From an uncultured beta proteobacterium (GTDB taxonomy: Bacteria > Pseudomonadota > Gammaproteobacteria > Burkholderiales > Burkholderiaceae_C), in the NCBI GenBank assembly GCA_963840805.1, contig CAWJAJ010000016.1, positions 290,609-354,608 of the forward strand: a stretch of DNA of 64,000 nt, written 5' to 3'. Position 1 is the stretch's first letter, and the number at the start of each line of letters is the position of its first letter. The notes below the pieces were generated by a model. That model ran no database searches. It had not been told where the DNA came from and saw only the letters and a program-made list of their open reading frames with translations. Made by a program: the position numbers and the translations under genes. Positions 20,545-30,103 of this stretch are shown here, in pieces.

Positions 20545-20891
20545 GAGCGTGGCTCGGATTCGGCTCGCCGAATGTCCGGGCGCGAGACAACCCACCCCTT
20601 GCGCGGCCGGTCATTCGCGTCGTGATCTTGCCGAGGCTTGAGCGACCGGCAATGGCCGCAGACGGCACCGCGACGACCACAAGGCGTACCGGGCTCGCGT
20701 GACGGAACCCTTCGTTCGGCTCGACGCATCCCGCATCCCGCAGCCTGGAGTCGGATGGCGTGGGCCTGGGCTTGGCGATCGTGCGCGATGCGGCGGCCCA
20801 CCACGGAGGGCAGTTGATCCTGGAGAGCCGCGGATCGGGCGGCTTGCGCGCAAGCCTGAGGCTTCCGCGATCGCGGGTGCCCGGCATCTGA
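20545..20891 (+). pseudogene. 5'-truncated, frame-shifted remnant of a sensor histidine kinase (HATPase_c end only)
   Basis: ..YRARVTEPFVRLDASR.. then (frame shift ~20750) GVGLGLAIVRDAAAHHGGQLILESRGSGGLRASLRLP..*. No HisKA or sensor region lies upstream; it starts right after the phaC stop. Confidence 0.5.
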
Positions 20892-20940
20892 CCGGCAGGA
20901 CGGGCCGCGGTGCCCGCCCTGCCGACGTGAAGACCGACCT

Positions 20941-21756
20941 TCAGGCTGGCAAACGCCTGCCGAGCACCTCTCCGTCACGCACCACGACCAGTTCGCCTTC
21001 GGACAGCGGCCGCCAAGCGTCGTCAGTGAGCGGAACGCTCGCGATCAACACAACAGACCGCTCGCCTGGGCCGATCGACACACTACCGTTGCAATCGGGC
21101 GCAGGGTCGCCGGGCTTGCAATGCCGCTGCAGCAACCACAACCCCGGGGGAGCGATCTGACCGGTCGTGCCCTGTATGCGTCGATTGCCGTGCGCGAAGA
21201 GTGCATCGCCGTCGGCGTAAAGGAAGTTGGCGGGCCCGAGCGGGCGCAGGTCGGCGGCAAATGTGGCCAACAGCGATGCGCGCGCATCCAGAGACGGTGG
21301 GTCAGCCCCGGCCCACAACACGCTCAGTCGGGCGAGCAGCGCGCACAGGGCGAGTTCGGAATCGGTCTGCCCGACCGGTCGGTACCGACCAGGCGTCAGC
21401 ACGCCACTGTCTTCGATGCCGGTCAGGTTGCCGTTGTGCGCGAACACGTGCATGCGGCCGCCGAGTTCGCGCGCGAAGGGTTGGGTGTTGGCGAGCGTCA
21501 CTGCTCCGCGCGTGGCATGGCGGATGTGCGAGATCGCCAGCTTCGTGCTCGGCCCGTGGGACTCGAGGTAGCGCACGAGGTCGCTGTCACCTGCGGCAAA
21601 CGGTTCCCGGAACAGGGCGACGTCGATGTCCTGATAGAAGGCGACACCCCAGCCGTCACGGCTGCTCATGCCCTGGCCTCCACGCGCCGCCAGGGTGTGC
21701 AGAGAGAAGGTCAGATGCTCGGGCTGCGAACTCGACAAGGCCAGCAGTTCACACAC
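20941..21756 (-). CDS. Class II glutamine amidotransferase (YafJ-like)
   Basis: GTG start followed by the Cys2 nucleophile (M)CELLALSS. ..DGWGVAFY..SHIRHATRG..NTQPF..FAHNGNL. Confidence 0.8.
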   Translation of the reverse strand: MCELLALSSSQPEHLTFSLHTLAARGGQGMSSRDGWGVAFYQDIDVALFREPFAAGDSDLVRYLESHGPSTKLAISHIRHATRGAVTLANTQPFARELGGRMHVFAHNGNLTGIEDSGVLTPGRYRPVGQTDSELALCALLARLSVLWAGADPPSLDARASLLATFAADLRPLGPANFLYADGDALFAHGNRRIQGTTGQIAPPGLWLLQRHCKPGDPAPDCNGSVSIGPGERSVVLIASVPLTDDAWRPLSEGELVVVRDGEVLGRRLPA

Positions 21757-22116
21757 GATGCGGCTCGCCAGTCAGTACGTCACCGAGACAGGGTGGCAGG
21801 GAACCCGAAGGCATCGACTTGGCCCAAGACTCTGCCTGCGAGAAGCGCCCCCTGAAGGATCGCGCTGCCAGTCGGATGAACGGCAAGCAAACGACTCGCT
21901 GCCGGCGTCGTCCGTGCGTGCTTGAACTGTCATGCGGATCGCCTCGGGATCAGGATACGCCCTCTCCACGTGTCGCGCGATCAAGGGAGCCGCGGACCGC
22001 ACACGGCCGAGATGGGGCAAACGGGGTTGGCATTCGCCGGACGGGTACGGAGACACCGATTGCGGCATGCCGACGGTGACGACGTGCTGCACGAACCAAT
22101 CGGATCACCCTGACCA

Positions 22117-22281
22117 ATGGGGTCCGTTGTGCAAGTTCTCAAAGAGCTGTTCACGACCGACGCGGGGCTCAGCAGCGCGGCCGGGATCGTGTTCATGCTC
22201 GGCATGGTTGCGTTCTTCGTCCGCCACTGTCTCGAGCACCTCCAGGACGACTCGGCGCGTGGGGCATGGGCGAAGGTTTGA
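22117..22281 (+). CDS. DUF3149-like small membrane protein (54 aa; below the ORF-track cutoff)
   Basis: MGSVVQVLKELFTTDAGLSSAAGIVFMLGMVAFFVRHCLEHL...; single TM segment. Pattern KxLFTTDxGL..IVFMLGM is typical of DUF3149. Confidence 0.55.
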   Translation: MGSVVQVLKELFTTDAGLSSAAGIVFMLGMVAFFVRHCLEHLQDDSARGAWAKV

Positions 22282-22379
22282 CACCGGCAGGCACGACACC
22301 CATCAAGGCGTGCCTTGACCTGGGTCATGCCACCTTTGCGGAACAGAAGGATGATGACGCCGTTTTCAAGGAGCAAGTC

Positions 22380-22586
22380 ATGGTGCACAACGTCGGTACT
22401 GTCGATCGTGTCATTCGCATCGTTGCCGGTCTGGCCTTGATCGCAGGCAGCCTGCTCGGCTACATCGGCCTGTGGGGTTGGATCGGTGTCGTGGTCCTGG
22501 CAACGGGCCTGTTTCGCTTCTGTCCCGCTTACCTGCCTTTCGGCTTTCGCACCTGCGCCGCAGGTGCCGACAAGGCCCAACCGTAG
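22380..22586 (+). CDS. DUF2892 (YgaP-like) membrane protein
   Basis: MVHNVGTVDRVIRIVAGLALIAGSLLGYIGLWGWIGVVVLATGLFRFCPAY; AAGGAG Shine-Dalgarno upstream. Confidence 0.7.
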   Translation: MVHNVGTVDRVIRIVAGLALIAGSLLGYIGLWGWIGVVVLATGLFRFCPAYLPFGFRTCAAGADKAQP

Positions 22587-22604
22587 GCCCATCGGGAGCG
22601 AGCA

Positions 22605-22967
22605 TTGTCCAATCCATCAGTCGACTACCGTGACCTGACCCATTCGATATCGGCAGGCCTGTCGACGTTGAGGTCCAGCACGCCCGAGGTCATGAAGAGC
22701 TTCAGCGACCTCGGGCGTGCCGCTACCGCCGACGGCGTTCTCGACAAGAAGACGAAGGAGTTGATCGCGCTCGCACTCAGCGTGGCCGCGAGGTGCGATC
22801 CGTGCATCGGCTTTCACATGCAGACGCTCGTCAAACTGGGCGTGACGCGGCAAGAGATCGACGAGACGCTGGGGGTGACCACCTACATGGGCGGCGGTCC
22901 ATCGTTGATGTACGCGGCCAGCGCGATTGCCGCCTTCGACGAATTCTCGCGCGGCGCGTCCGCGTAA
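22605..22967 (+). CDS. Carboxymuconolactone decarboxylase / AhpD-like family protein
   Basis: 120 aa, TTG start. KTKELIALALSVAARCDPCIGFH contains the CxxC motif of the CMD family. Confidence 0.8.
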   Translation: MSNPSVDYRDLTHSISAGLSTLRSSTPEVMKSFSDLGRAATADGVLDKKTKELIALALSVAARCDPCIGFHMQTLVKLGVTRQEIDETLGVTTYMGGGPSLMYAASAIAAFDEFSRGASA

Positions 22968-23109
22968 GGTTGCACGATCGTCGATCACCGCCCCGGCACA
23001 CGCCGGTGCCCGACTGGCTGGGGTGCCACCGCAGCCATGATGTGACCGGTGGTGCCACCGTTGCACGCCGCCGCGGATCGATGACGAACTCGATGTCCTG
23101 GCCGACCTG

Positions 23110-23595
23110 GTGCCGCTGGCGGGGCGGTACATCGTCGAGCTGGGCTGCGGTGCTGCGCACCTGTCACGTGCCTTGCTCACACGCCATCCGGACCGCGGCG
23201 TGACAGCGCTGGAGGTCGACATACGCCAGCACGCCAAGAACCTGGCCGCTCCACAAACGGGCCTGGCGTTCGTCGCCGCTGGCACACAGGCGATCCCGTT
23301 TCCCGATGCGCGTTTCGATCAGGCATTGATGCTGAAGCCGCTGCACCACGCGCCATTGCCCTTGCTGTCCCAGGCCTTGCGCGAAGTGGCCCGGGTGCTG
23401 CGCCCTGGCGGTCATCTCTACGTGTCGGAGCCGGTCTATGGCGGCCCGTTCAACGAGGTGATCCGCGTCTTCAACGACGAAGGTGCGGTGCGCGCCGCGG
23501 CACAGGCCGCGCTGGACGCGGCACTGCGCACCGGTGCGTGGACGCAGGTGGCTGGGCGTGGGACTGTTGCTGATCGGCGCCGGGGAAAGTTCGCA
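23110..23595 (+). pseudogene. Class I SAM-dependent methyltransferase, probably 3'-truncated (true end undefined)
   Basis: Motif I IVELGCGAAHL, ..VLRPGGHLYVSEP.. Recognisable similarity stops at ~23545. The frame then runs without a stop into the antisense of the next gene. Confidence 0.4.
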
Positions 23596-24405
23596 TCAAC
23601 CCTCGCGCAGAACGTCGAGCGTCGCCGCCTTCGCCCGCCGCGCCCATTCGCGGTAGCCCATCGCCGGCGCACGGCTGTCGCTCGGAATCTCGATGCTGAT
23701 GGCGATGTCGGGCGGCAGCCGCGCGAACAAGGCGTGCAGGTCGATGCCGCCCTCGCCCGGCAGCAGCCGCTCGCAGCGCGCGTCGTGGATCAGGCCCTCG
23801 GTGGTCGTCGGGCCGGGCACGGCACCGTCGCACATCTGCGCGTAGTGCAGCCACTCGCGCGGCATGTCGTCGAGCTGGGCCAGTGTGCTGCCCGAGCGCG
23901 CGAAATGCAGCGCATCGACCAGGACGCCGGCGTTCGGCCGCGCCGCCGCGGCGACCACGCGCTTGGCCGTGGCCAGGTCCCTGCACGGCGTCCACGGCAT
24001 GAATTCGAGGTCGGCCGTCAGCCCATAGGGCCGCAGCACGTCGCACAGGGCGGCAAAGCGTTCGGTGAGCCTTGCTTCGTCGGGATCGTCGCCGGCCACC
24101 AGCACATGCGCTGCACCGAGCTGCGCACCGACGTCGAGAAACGGCAGGTACTCGCGCGCGTCGAATGCCGCCCCGATGCGGATGATCTCGAGATCGAGCA
24201 CCTTGACCCCGGTGCCGGCCATCACCGCCAGCGTTTCGCGGAGCATCGGCGCGTTGTCCATCAAGCGGTGCGCGATGCCGCCGGGCGCGGCCGGCAGGAG
24301 GCGCAGGCCGGCCGCAGCACAGCCGGTGTCCGCCGCCAGCTGGATCAATTGCGGCGGGGTGTAGGGCAACGCCATCAGCGCGGCCAGCGAATAGGTGCGT
24401 GTCAT
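23596..24405 (-). CDS. Sugar phosphate isomerase/epimerase (xylose isomerase-like TIM barrel)
   Basis: 269 aa, ATG at 24405. ..VLDLEIIRIG..AHVLVAGDD..DLEFMPWT..VLVDALHFARSG.. pattern of the AP_endonuc_2 family. Confidence 0.75.
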   Translation of the reverse strand: MTRTYSLAALMALPYTPPQLIQLAADTGCAAAGLRLLPAAPGGIAHRLMDNAPMLRETLAVMAGTGVKVLDLEIIRIGAAFDAREYLPFLDVGAQLGAAHVLVAGDDPDEARLTERFAALCDVLRPYGLTADLEFMPWTPCRDLATAKRVVAAAARPNAGVLVDALHFARSGSTLAQLDDMPREWLHYAQMCDGAVPGPTTTEGLIHDARCERLLPGEGGIDLHALFARLPPDIAISIEIPSDSRAPAMGYREWARRAKAATLDVLREG

Positions 24406-26133
24406 TGGGGTGGGTCCTGTGTCGGCGCGGGCAGGCCCGCGGCATGGTGAGCGAGGAGATAGCCGAAGGTCAGCGCCGGGCCGAGCGTGATGCCGCCGCT
24501 GGGGTAATGGCCGCCCATCACGCTGGCCATGTCGTTGCCGGCAGCGTAGAGGCCGTCGATCGTGCGTCCTTCGGCGTCGAGCGCCTGCGCGTGTTGATTG
24601 GTGGCGATGCCGGCGAAGGTGCCGAGGCTGCCCGGCAGGATGCGCACGGCGTAGAACGGCGCGCGCACCAGCGGCGCGACGCAGGGGTTCGGGCCGTCGT
24701 GCTCGGCGTCGCCCTGCATGCGGTCGTACGGCTTGCCGCCGCGATCGAACTGCGGGTCGCGGCCTTCGGCCGCATGGACATTGAAGGTGGCCACGGTCTG
24801 CGCCAGCGCCGACGCATCGATGCCGCAGGCGCGCGCGAGTTCGTCGATCGTGCGGCCGCGTTTCAGGTAGCCGCTGCGCAGCCACGGCCCGAGCGGGAAC
24901 GGCCGGGGCTTGGCATGGCCGAGACCGAAGCGGCGCTGGAAGCGGTGGTCGACGACCAGCCAGGCCTGCACCGGCTCGCCCGGCAGGCGTTGCGCGCAAT
25001 GCGCGAGCAAGCCACGCATGAAGCTGTGATAGTCGCCCGCCTCGTCGACGAATCGGCGGCCGTCGCGCGCCACCGCGATCAGGCCCGGCTTGCCGCGCTC
25101 GACCAGGTGCGGGAACACGCCGACGCTGCCGTCTCGGCGCGGCACCAGCGACACCGGCGCCCAGGCGCCGGCCTCGGCGCCGACGGCAATGCGCGCGCCG
25201 ACGGCCTCGCCCAGGCGCAGCCCGTCACCGTTGTTCTCTTCCGGCGCGGCCGACCAGTGCTCACGCCCGCTCGGCGCGTGCCCGAACAACGCGCGCCTGC
25301 GCTCGGTGTCCTGCGGAAACCCCCCGGCGGCGAGCACCACGCCGCGTCGCGCACGGATCGACCGCACACCGCTCGGCGTGGCGATTTCGGCCCCGGCAAC
25401 CCGCCCGCCCTCGACCAACAAACGCGTCGCACCGTGCGACGCGAACAGCTTCACGCCGCGATCGAGCGCCGATTGCAGCAGCGCCGCGGCCAGCGCATTG
25501 CCGCCCATCAGCACCGTGCCGCGGCCGTGGCGCACGACGTCGAAGGCGTGCCGTGCGATGCGTCGCGCGACATAGGCGAAGGAATCGGCCGCGCGGCTCG
25601 CGCGCAGGAAGTGACGCAGGTCGGCGCCGCCGCCGATGCCCATGCCGAGGAAGGACAGCAGGTCGCGCGGCGCGCGCAGCGTTGCCAGGTGCGGGCCGAG
25701 GCGGCGGCCGTCGAACGGCGCCGCGCAGACCGAGCGGCCGCCGCTGCGGGCCCCCGGCGCGTGGCCGTGGAAATCGGGGATCGCGTTGCCGTCGATGAAG
25801 CGCAGCGCGGTGTGGGCGAGATGGAACTGCACCATCGCCGGCGCGTGGGCCAGGAACGCGTCGACGCGGGCCGGGTCGTACTGCGCGCCGAGCAGATGGC
25901 GCAAATAGGTGCGCGGCGCCGTCGAGGCCCTCGACGATGCCGGCCGCCACCGCCAACGGGTTGCGCGGCAACCACATCCAGCCGCCGGACCAGGCCGTCG
26001 TGCCGCCGAACTGGCTGTGCTTCTCGACCACCACCACGTCGAGGCCGAGGTGCGCGGCGGTGACCGCCGCACCCAGACCGCCGGCGCCGGAGCCGACGAC
26101 CAGCAGGTCGCAAGTCGCCGGCAGATCGCTCAC
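24402..26133 (-). pseudogene. FAD-binding dehydrogenase, paralog 2; one frame shift near 25915
   Basis: GTG at 26133 (VSDLPATCDLLVVGSGAGGLGAAV..EKHSQFGGTTAWSGGWMW). After ..GIVEGLDGA the reading switches frame to RTYLRHLLGAQYDP... up to ..GLYAAGND..GGHYPSGGITLGPA. Confidence 0.8.
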
Positions 26134-26921
26134 GAGGCGACGTAGGCGCGGTTGAACAGCGGCGACGAGCCTGCGGCGTTGGCAATGTCGGCCGCGGCGG
26201 CCAGCAGATCCGGCACCAGCGACTGCATCTTTTCCTCGGTCAGGCGCACCGACGGCCCGGAGATCGCAAGCACGCCGACAGCCCCGCTGTGGCGCGGCAG
26301 GATCGGTGCGGCGATCGCCGACACGCCCTGGCCATAGGTGTCGAAGGTCATCGCATAGCCCTGCTTCCTGGCCTGGCGCAGTGCCTTCAACAGCGCGTTC
26401 GGCGTGGTCGGCGCGTTCGGGCCGTACTCGCTCGGCTTGGCGAAGCCCTGCTTGGCAACGAGCTGCAGCGCATCGCTTTCCGACAGCGTCGACAGCCAGG
26501 CGTGGCCCGACGAAGTGCACGACAGCCGCGCATCGATGCCCTGGTCGGGGTCGTAGCGCAGGCCGGCGCGCGCGCCTTGCGACAGCGAGACCCAGGTGAT
26601 GTGATCGACGTCGACGACGCCCAGGCGCACCAGCTCGCCCGCGGTTTCGGCCAGGCGATCGAGGATCGGCTGGCTCAGGTCGACGACGCCGGAGCGCTTC
26701 AGGTAATTCAGCCCGAGCGACACCACCTTGGTCGTCAGCATGTAGTCGCCGCGCTCGCGCGACTGGCGCACGTAGCCCTGGTCTGTCAGCTCCAGCAACA
26801 GGCGGTGCGCCGCACTGCGCGGGATGTTCAACTCGTCGGCCAGCGTCGCCAGCGGCAGGCCTTCGACGCTCTCGGCCAGTCGCTCGAGGATCGCCAGGGT
26901 TCGTTGCATCACACCGGACAT
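26130..26921 (-). CDS. IclR family transcriptional regulator
   Basis: 263 aa. MQRTLAILERLAES..LPLATLADELNIPRSAAHRLLLEL plus an effector domain. Its stop overlaps the downstream GTG (GTGA). Confidence 0.85.
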   Translation of the reverse strand: MSGVMQRTLAILERLAESVEGLPLATLADELNIPRSAAHRLLLELTDQGYVRQSRERGDYMLTTKVVSLGLNYLKRSGVVDLSQPILDRLAETAGELVRLGVVDVDHITWVSLSQGARAGLRYDPDQGIDARLSCTSSGHAWLSTLSESDALQLVAKQGFAKPSEYGPNAPTTPNALLKALRQARKQGYAMTFDTYGQGVSAIAAPILPRHSGAVGVLAISGPSVRLTEEKMQSLVPDLLAAAADIANAAGSSPLFNRAYVAS

Positions 26922-26952
26922 CGGGAGCCTCCTCGTGGGTGATTCTTCGTTG

Positions 26953-28005
26953 TCACGCGGCCAGCATCACCGGCCGCTGCGTGCGCGCCGACTCGTGCAC
27001 CGCCAGCGTGGCGGCCAGCGTGCGCAGGCCGTCGCGGCCCGAGCAGCGTGGCTGTTCTGCGCCTTCGGCGACGGCGCGGAAGTGCCGCAGCTGCTCGAAG
27101 TACGGATCGGCCACGTGCAGCGCGGCGTGCTCCTGCGTCAGCTCTTCGTGCCAGCCGCGTGCGCCCTTGTAGCGCCAGACTTCGAGGCGCGGCAGCGTCA
27201 GGGACGCCTCGGTGCCGCAGAGGCAGTGAGAGTTCACCGCCTGCTGCGGGTAGTGCGCCGCCTCGCCAGCCGCGAGATCCCAGTGCCAGGGCGCGACGGC
27301 GGCATCGCTGACCGTCACCGTGCCGAGCGCACCATTGGCAAAGCGCAGCAAGACCGCGGCCGTGTCTTCGACCTCGTGGCCGCGCACGGCGTTCGACGTC
27401 ATCGCCTGGACCGAGACGATCTCGCCGAGCAGGTGGCGCAGCAGATCGATGTCGTGGATCAGGTTGATCAGCACCGTGCCGGCGCCGGCCTGGCGACGCC
27501 AGGCGACATCGAAGTAGCTGTCCGGCTTGAGCCAGGTGGCCATCGCGTTCACCGCCACCGGCCGGCCCAGCAGGCCGTCGTCGATCATCGCCTTGGCGCG
27601 GCGGATGATCGCGTTGTGTCGGCGCTGGTGGCCGACCATCAGCGGCACGCCGGCCGCCTCGGCCGCGGCGCACAGGCGCTCGGCGTCGGCCACGTTGTCG
27701 GTGATCGGCTTTTCCATCAGCAGCGGCAGGCCGCCGGCGATGCAGTCGAGGCCGACCGCCAGGTGCGTCGCATTCGGCGTCGCGACGATCACGGCGCCCA
27801 GGCCCGGTTGCGACAGCAATGCGTGGTGGCCGGCAAACCACGGCACGCCGATCGATTCGGCGAAGGCGCGGCCGGCGTCGGTCGGGTCGGCGATGCCCGC
27901 CAAGTGGACGCGGTCGTGGCGCTGGCAGCGCTCGGCGTGCATGCGGCCGATGGCGCCGACACCGACCAGGCCGATCGGGAACGTGGCGGTGGCAGGGCGG
28001 GTCAT
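26953..28005 (-). CDS. Gfo/Idh/MocA family oxidoreductase
   Basis: IGLVGVGAIGRMH Rossmann motif, LMEKPIT motif, GRPVAV..; ATG at 28005. Confidence 0.8.
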   Translation of the reverse strand: MTRPATATFPIGLVGVGAIGRMHAERCQRHDRVHLAGIADPTDAGRAFAESIGVPWFAGHHALLSQPGLGAVIVATPNATHLAVGLDCIAGGLPLLMEKPITDNVADAERLCAAAEAAGVPLMVGHQRRHNAIIRRAKAMIDDGLLGRPVAVNAMATWLKPDSYFDVAWRRQAGAGTVLINLIHDIDLLRHLLGEIVSVQAMTSNAVRGHEVEDTAAVLLRFANGALGTVTVSDAAVAPWHWDLAAGEAAHYPQQAVNSHCLCGTEASLTLPRLEVWRYKGARGWHEELTQEHAALHVADPYFEQLRHFRAVAEGAEQPRCSGRDGLRTLAATLAVHESARTQRPVMLAA

Positions 28006-28040
28006 GTGGCAGGGTTCCATCCGAGGGTTAGCCATCATTA

Positions 28041-28056
28041 TGGAACATCATTCCAC
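28041..28056. promoter_or_regulatory. TGGAA-CATCA-TTCCAC inverted repeat in a divergent promoter region (candidate IclR-type operator)
   Basis: Lies 36 bp upstream of the Gfo/IclR/FAD operon start and 93 bp upstream of the substrate-binding protein (SBP) gene. Same core as 15874-15890. Confidence 0.4.
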
Positions 28057-28148
28057 TATTGAACAAGGGCCCGGTTTGCTGTTAGCATGCGCGCCGAGCG
28101 GCACCGGCTGTCCCGGCCGCCACCCCACCCAACGAGGAGACCCGCCCC

Positions 28149-29291
28149 ATGCGCTCGCTGAAATTTCTCCCTTTCGCCGCCGCGCTCGCGCTGGCCGGCG
28201 CCCCCTTCGCCACCCAGGCCCAGGATGTGATCAAGATCGCCGGCATCTATGAACTGTCGGGCGCAGGCGCCAGCGCCGGCACCTACTTCAAGGACGGCGT
28301 CGAACTCGCCGTGAAGGAAATCAACGCTGCCGGCGGCATCCTCGGCAAGAAGATCGCGACCACGGTCGCCGACACGCAGACCCAGCCCGGCGTGGCCAAG
28401 GGCCTGGCTGCGAAGGCCGTCGACGAAGGCGCGTTCGCCGTCTTCGGCCCGGTGTTCTCGGGCTCGATCATGGTCAGCATGACCGAGACGCGCCGCGCCG
28501 AGATCCCCAACTGGACCGGTGGCGAGGCCGCGGCGATCACTGCCCAGGGCAACCCCTACATCTTCCGCACCGCGTTCGGCCAGTCGGCGTCGTTCCCCAA
28601 GCTCGCGCGCTACATCAACGGCAAGGCCAAGACGCTGGCGGTGATCTACCAGAACAACGACTTCGGCAAGGGCGGGCGCGACACGCTGGTCAAGCTGCTC
28701 GATGGCGGCCCGACCAAGATCATCGCCGAGGTCGCCACCGACCAGGGCCAGATCGACTTCTCGGCGGCGGTGCTGAAGGCCCGGCAGGCCAACGCCGACG
28801 CACTGTTCGTCTACCTGACTGAAGAAGAGTCGGCGCGCGCGCTGCGCGAGATCCGCAAGCAAGGCTACGACAAGCCGATCATCGGCGAGACGGTGCTGAT
28901 CAGCCAGAAGGTGATCGAGCTCGCCGGCGATGCCGCCAACGGCGTCACCGGCCACGTCGGCCTGACGGTCGATGCGCCGAGCCCCGAGATGCTGGCCTTC
29001 AAGGGCAAGTTCTACCAGGCCTACAAGTACATCCCCGACCACAACGGCATCAAGGGCTACATGGGCGTGTACTCGATGAAGGCCGCGATCGACAAGGTCG
29101 GCAAGCTCGACCGCAAGGCGGTGGCCGCGGCGATGCATGGCCTGGAGATCAAGAAGGCCAAGTACCCCGGCATCATCATGGACGTGAGCTTCGACAAGAC
29201 CGGTGAGATCGACCGCGAAAGCTTCATCGTCGAGGTCAAGGGCGGCAAGCAGGTCGTCGTCGCGACGCTGCCGCCGCTGGGCAAGAAGTAA
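28149..29291 (+). CDS. ABC transporter periplasmic substrate-binding protein (Leu/Ile/Val-binding family); no cognate permease or ATPase adjacent
   Basis: 380 aa, intact, with signal peptide. Paralog of 12838-13988. Confidence 0.85.
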   Translation: MRSLKFLPFAAALALAGAPFATQAQDVIKIAGIYELSGAGASAGTYFKDGVELAVKEINAAGGILGKKIATTVADTQTQPGVAKGLAAKAVDEGAFAVFGPVFSGSIMVSMTETRRAEIPNWTGGEAAAITAQGNPYIFRTAFGQSASFPKLARYINGKAKTLAVIYQNNDFGKGGRDTLVKLLDGGPTKIIAEVATDQGQIDFSAAVLKARQANADALFVYLTEEESARALREIRKQGYDKPIIGETVLISQKVIELAGDAANGVTGHVGLTVDAPSPEMLAFKGKFYQAYKYIPDHNGIKGYMGVYSMKAAIDKVGKLDRKAVAAAMHGLEIKKAKYPGIIMDVSFDKTGEIDRESFIVEVKGGKQVVVATLPPLGKK

Positions 29292-29306
29292 CCTGGCAGG
29301 TGCCGC

Positions 29307-30101
29307 GTGTTCGAGGACTTCAGCGGGGCGACCCGCGTCATCTTCATCGTCGGTGATCCGATCGCGCAGGTGAAGTCCCCGGCCGGCGTGACCGAGATGC
29401 TGCGCGCGCGTGGCGCCGACGCGATCGTCGTTCCGGCGCATGTGCTGCCGGTGGACCTGCCGGTATGGATCGCGGCCACCACGCGCATGCGCAACGTCGA
29501 CGGCATCATCGTCACGGTGCCGCACAAGTTCGCCGCCGCGCACCTGTGCAACGAGACCAGCGCGCAGGCCCGCTCGATCGGCGCGGTCAACGTGATGCGG
29601 CGCCATGCCTCGGGCGGCTGGTACGGCGACATGCTCGACGGCGCCGGCTACGTGGCCGGGTTGCGCCAGGCGGGCTGCGGGTTGCAGGGCCGAAGGGCGC
29701 TGCTGGTGGGTGCCGGTGGCGCGGGCTCGGCGATCGCGCACGCGCTGGTCGATGCGGGCATTGCGGGACTGGCGCTGCACGAGGCCGACGACGATCGTCG
29801 CGAGGTGCTCGCGCACAAGCTGGCGCTCTACGGTGCCGTGAAGCCGGCGCGCGGTTCGGCCGACCCGACCGGCTACGACCTGGTCATCAACGCCACGCCG
29901 ATGGGCATGAAAGCCGACGACCCGCTGCCGATCGAGGTCGAGAAGCTTTCCGCCGCGACCTTCGTCGGCGACGTGGTGACGATGCCGGCCGTGCCGCCGC
30001 TGATTGCCGCCGCGCGCGCGCGTGGCTGCGCGACGATGACCGGCGCCGGCATGTTCGAGGCCGTGCGCGATCGCATGGTCGACTTTTTCCTGGAGAGATG
30101 A
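29307..30101 (+). CDS. Shikimate/quinate dehydrogenase family protein (AroE-like), second copy
   Basis: GTG start. TVPHK, MLDGAGY and VGAGGAGSA motifs. Roughly 40% identical by eye to 14031-14885. Confidence 0.8.
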   Translation: MFEDFSGATRVIFIVGDPIAQVKSPAGVTEMLRARGADAIVVPAHVLPVDLPVWIAATTRMRNVDGIIVTVPHKFAAAHLCNETSAQARSIGAVNVMRRHASGGWYGDMLDGAGYVAGLRQAGCGLQGRRALLVGAGGAGSAIAHALVDAGIAGLALHEADDDRREVLAHKLALYGAVKPARGSADPTGYDLVINATPMGMKADDPLPIEVEKLSAATFVGDVVTMPAVPPLIAAARARGCATMTGAGMFEAVRDRMVDFFLER

Positions 30102-30103
30102 TG

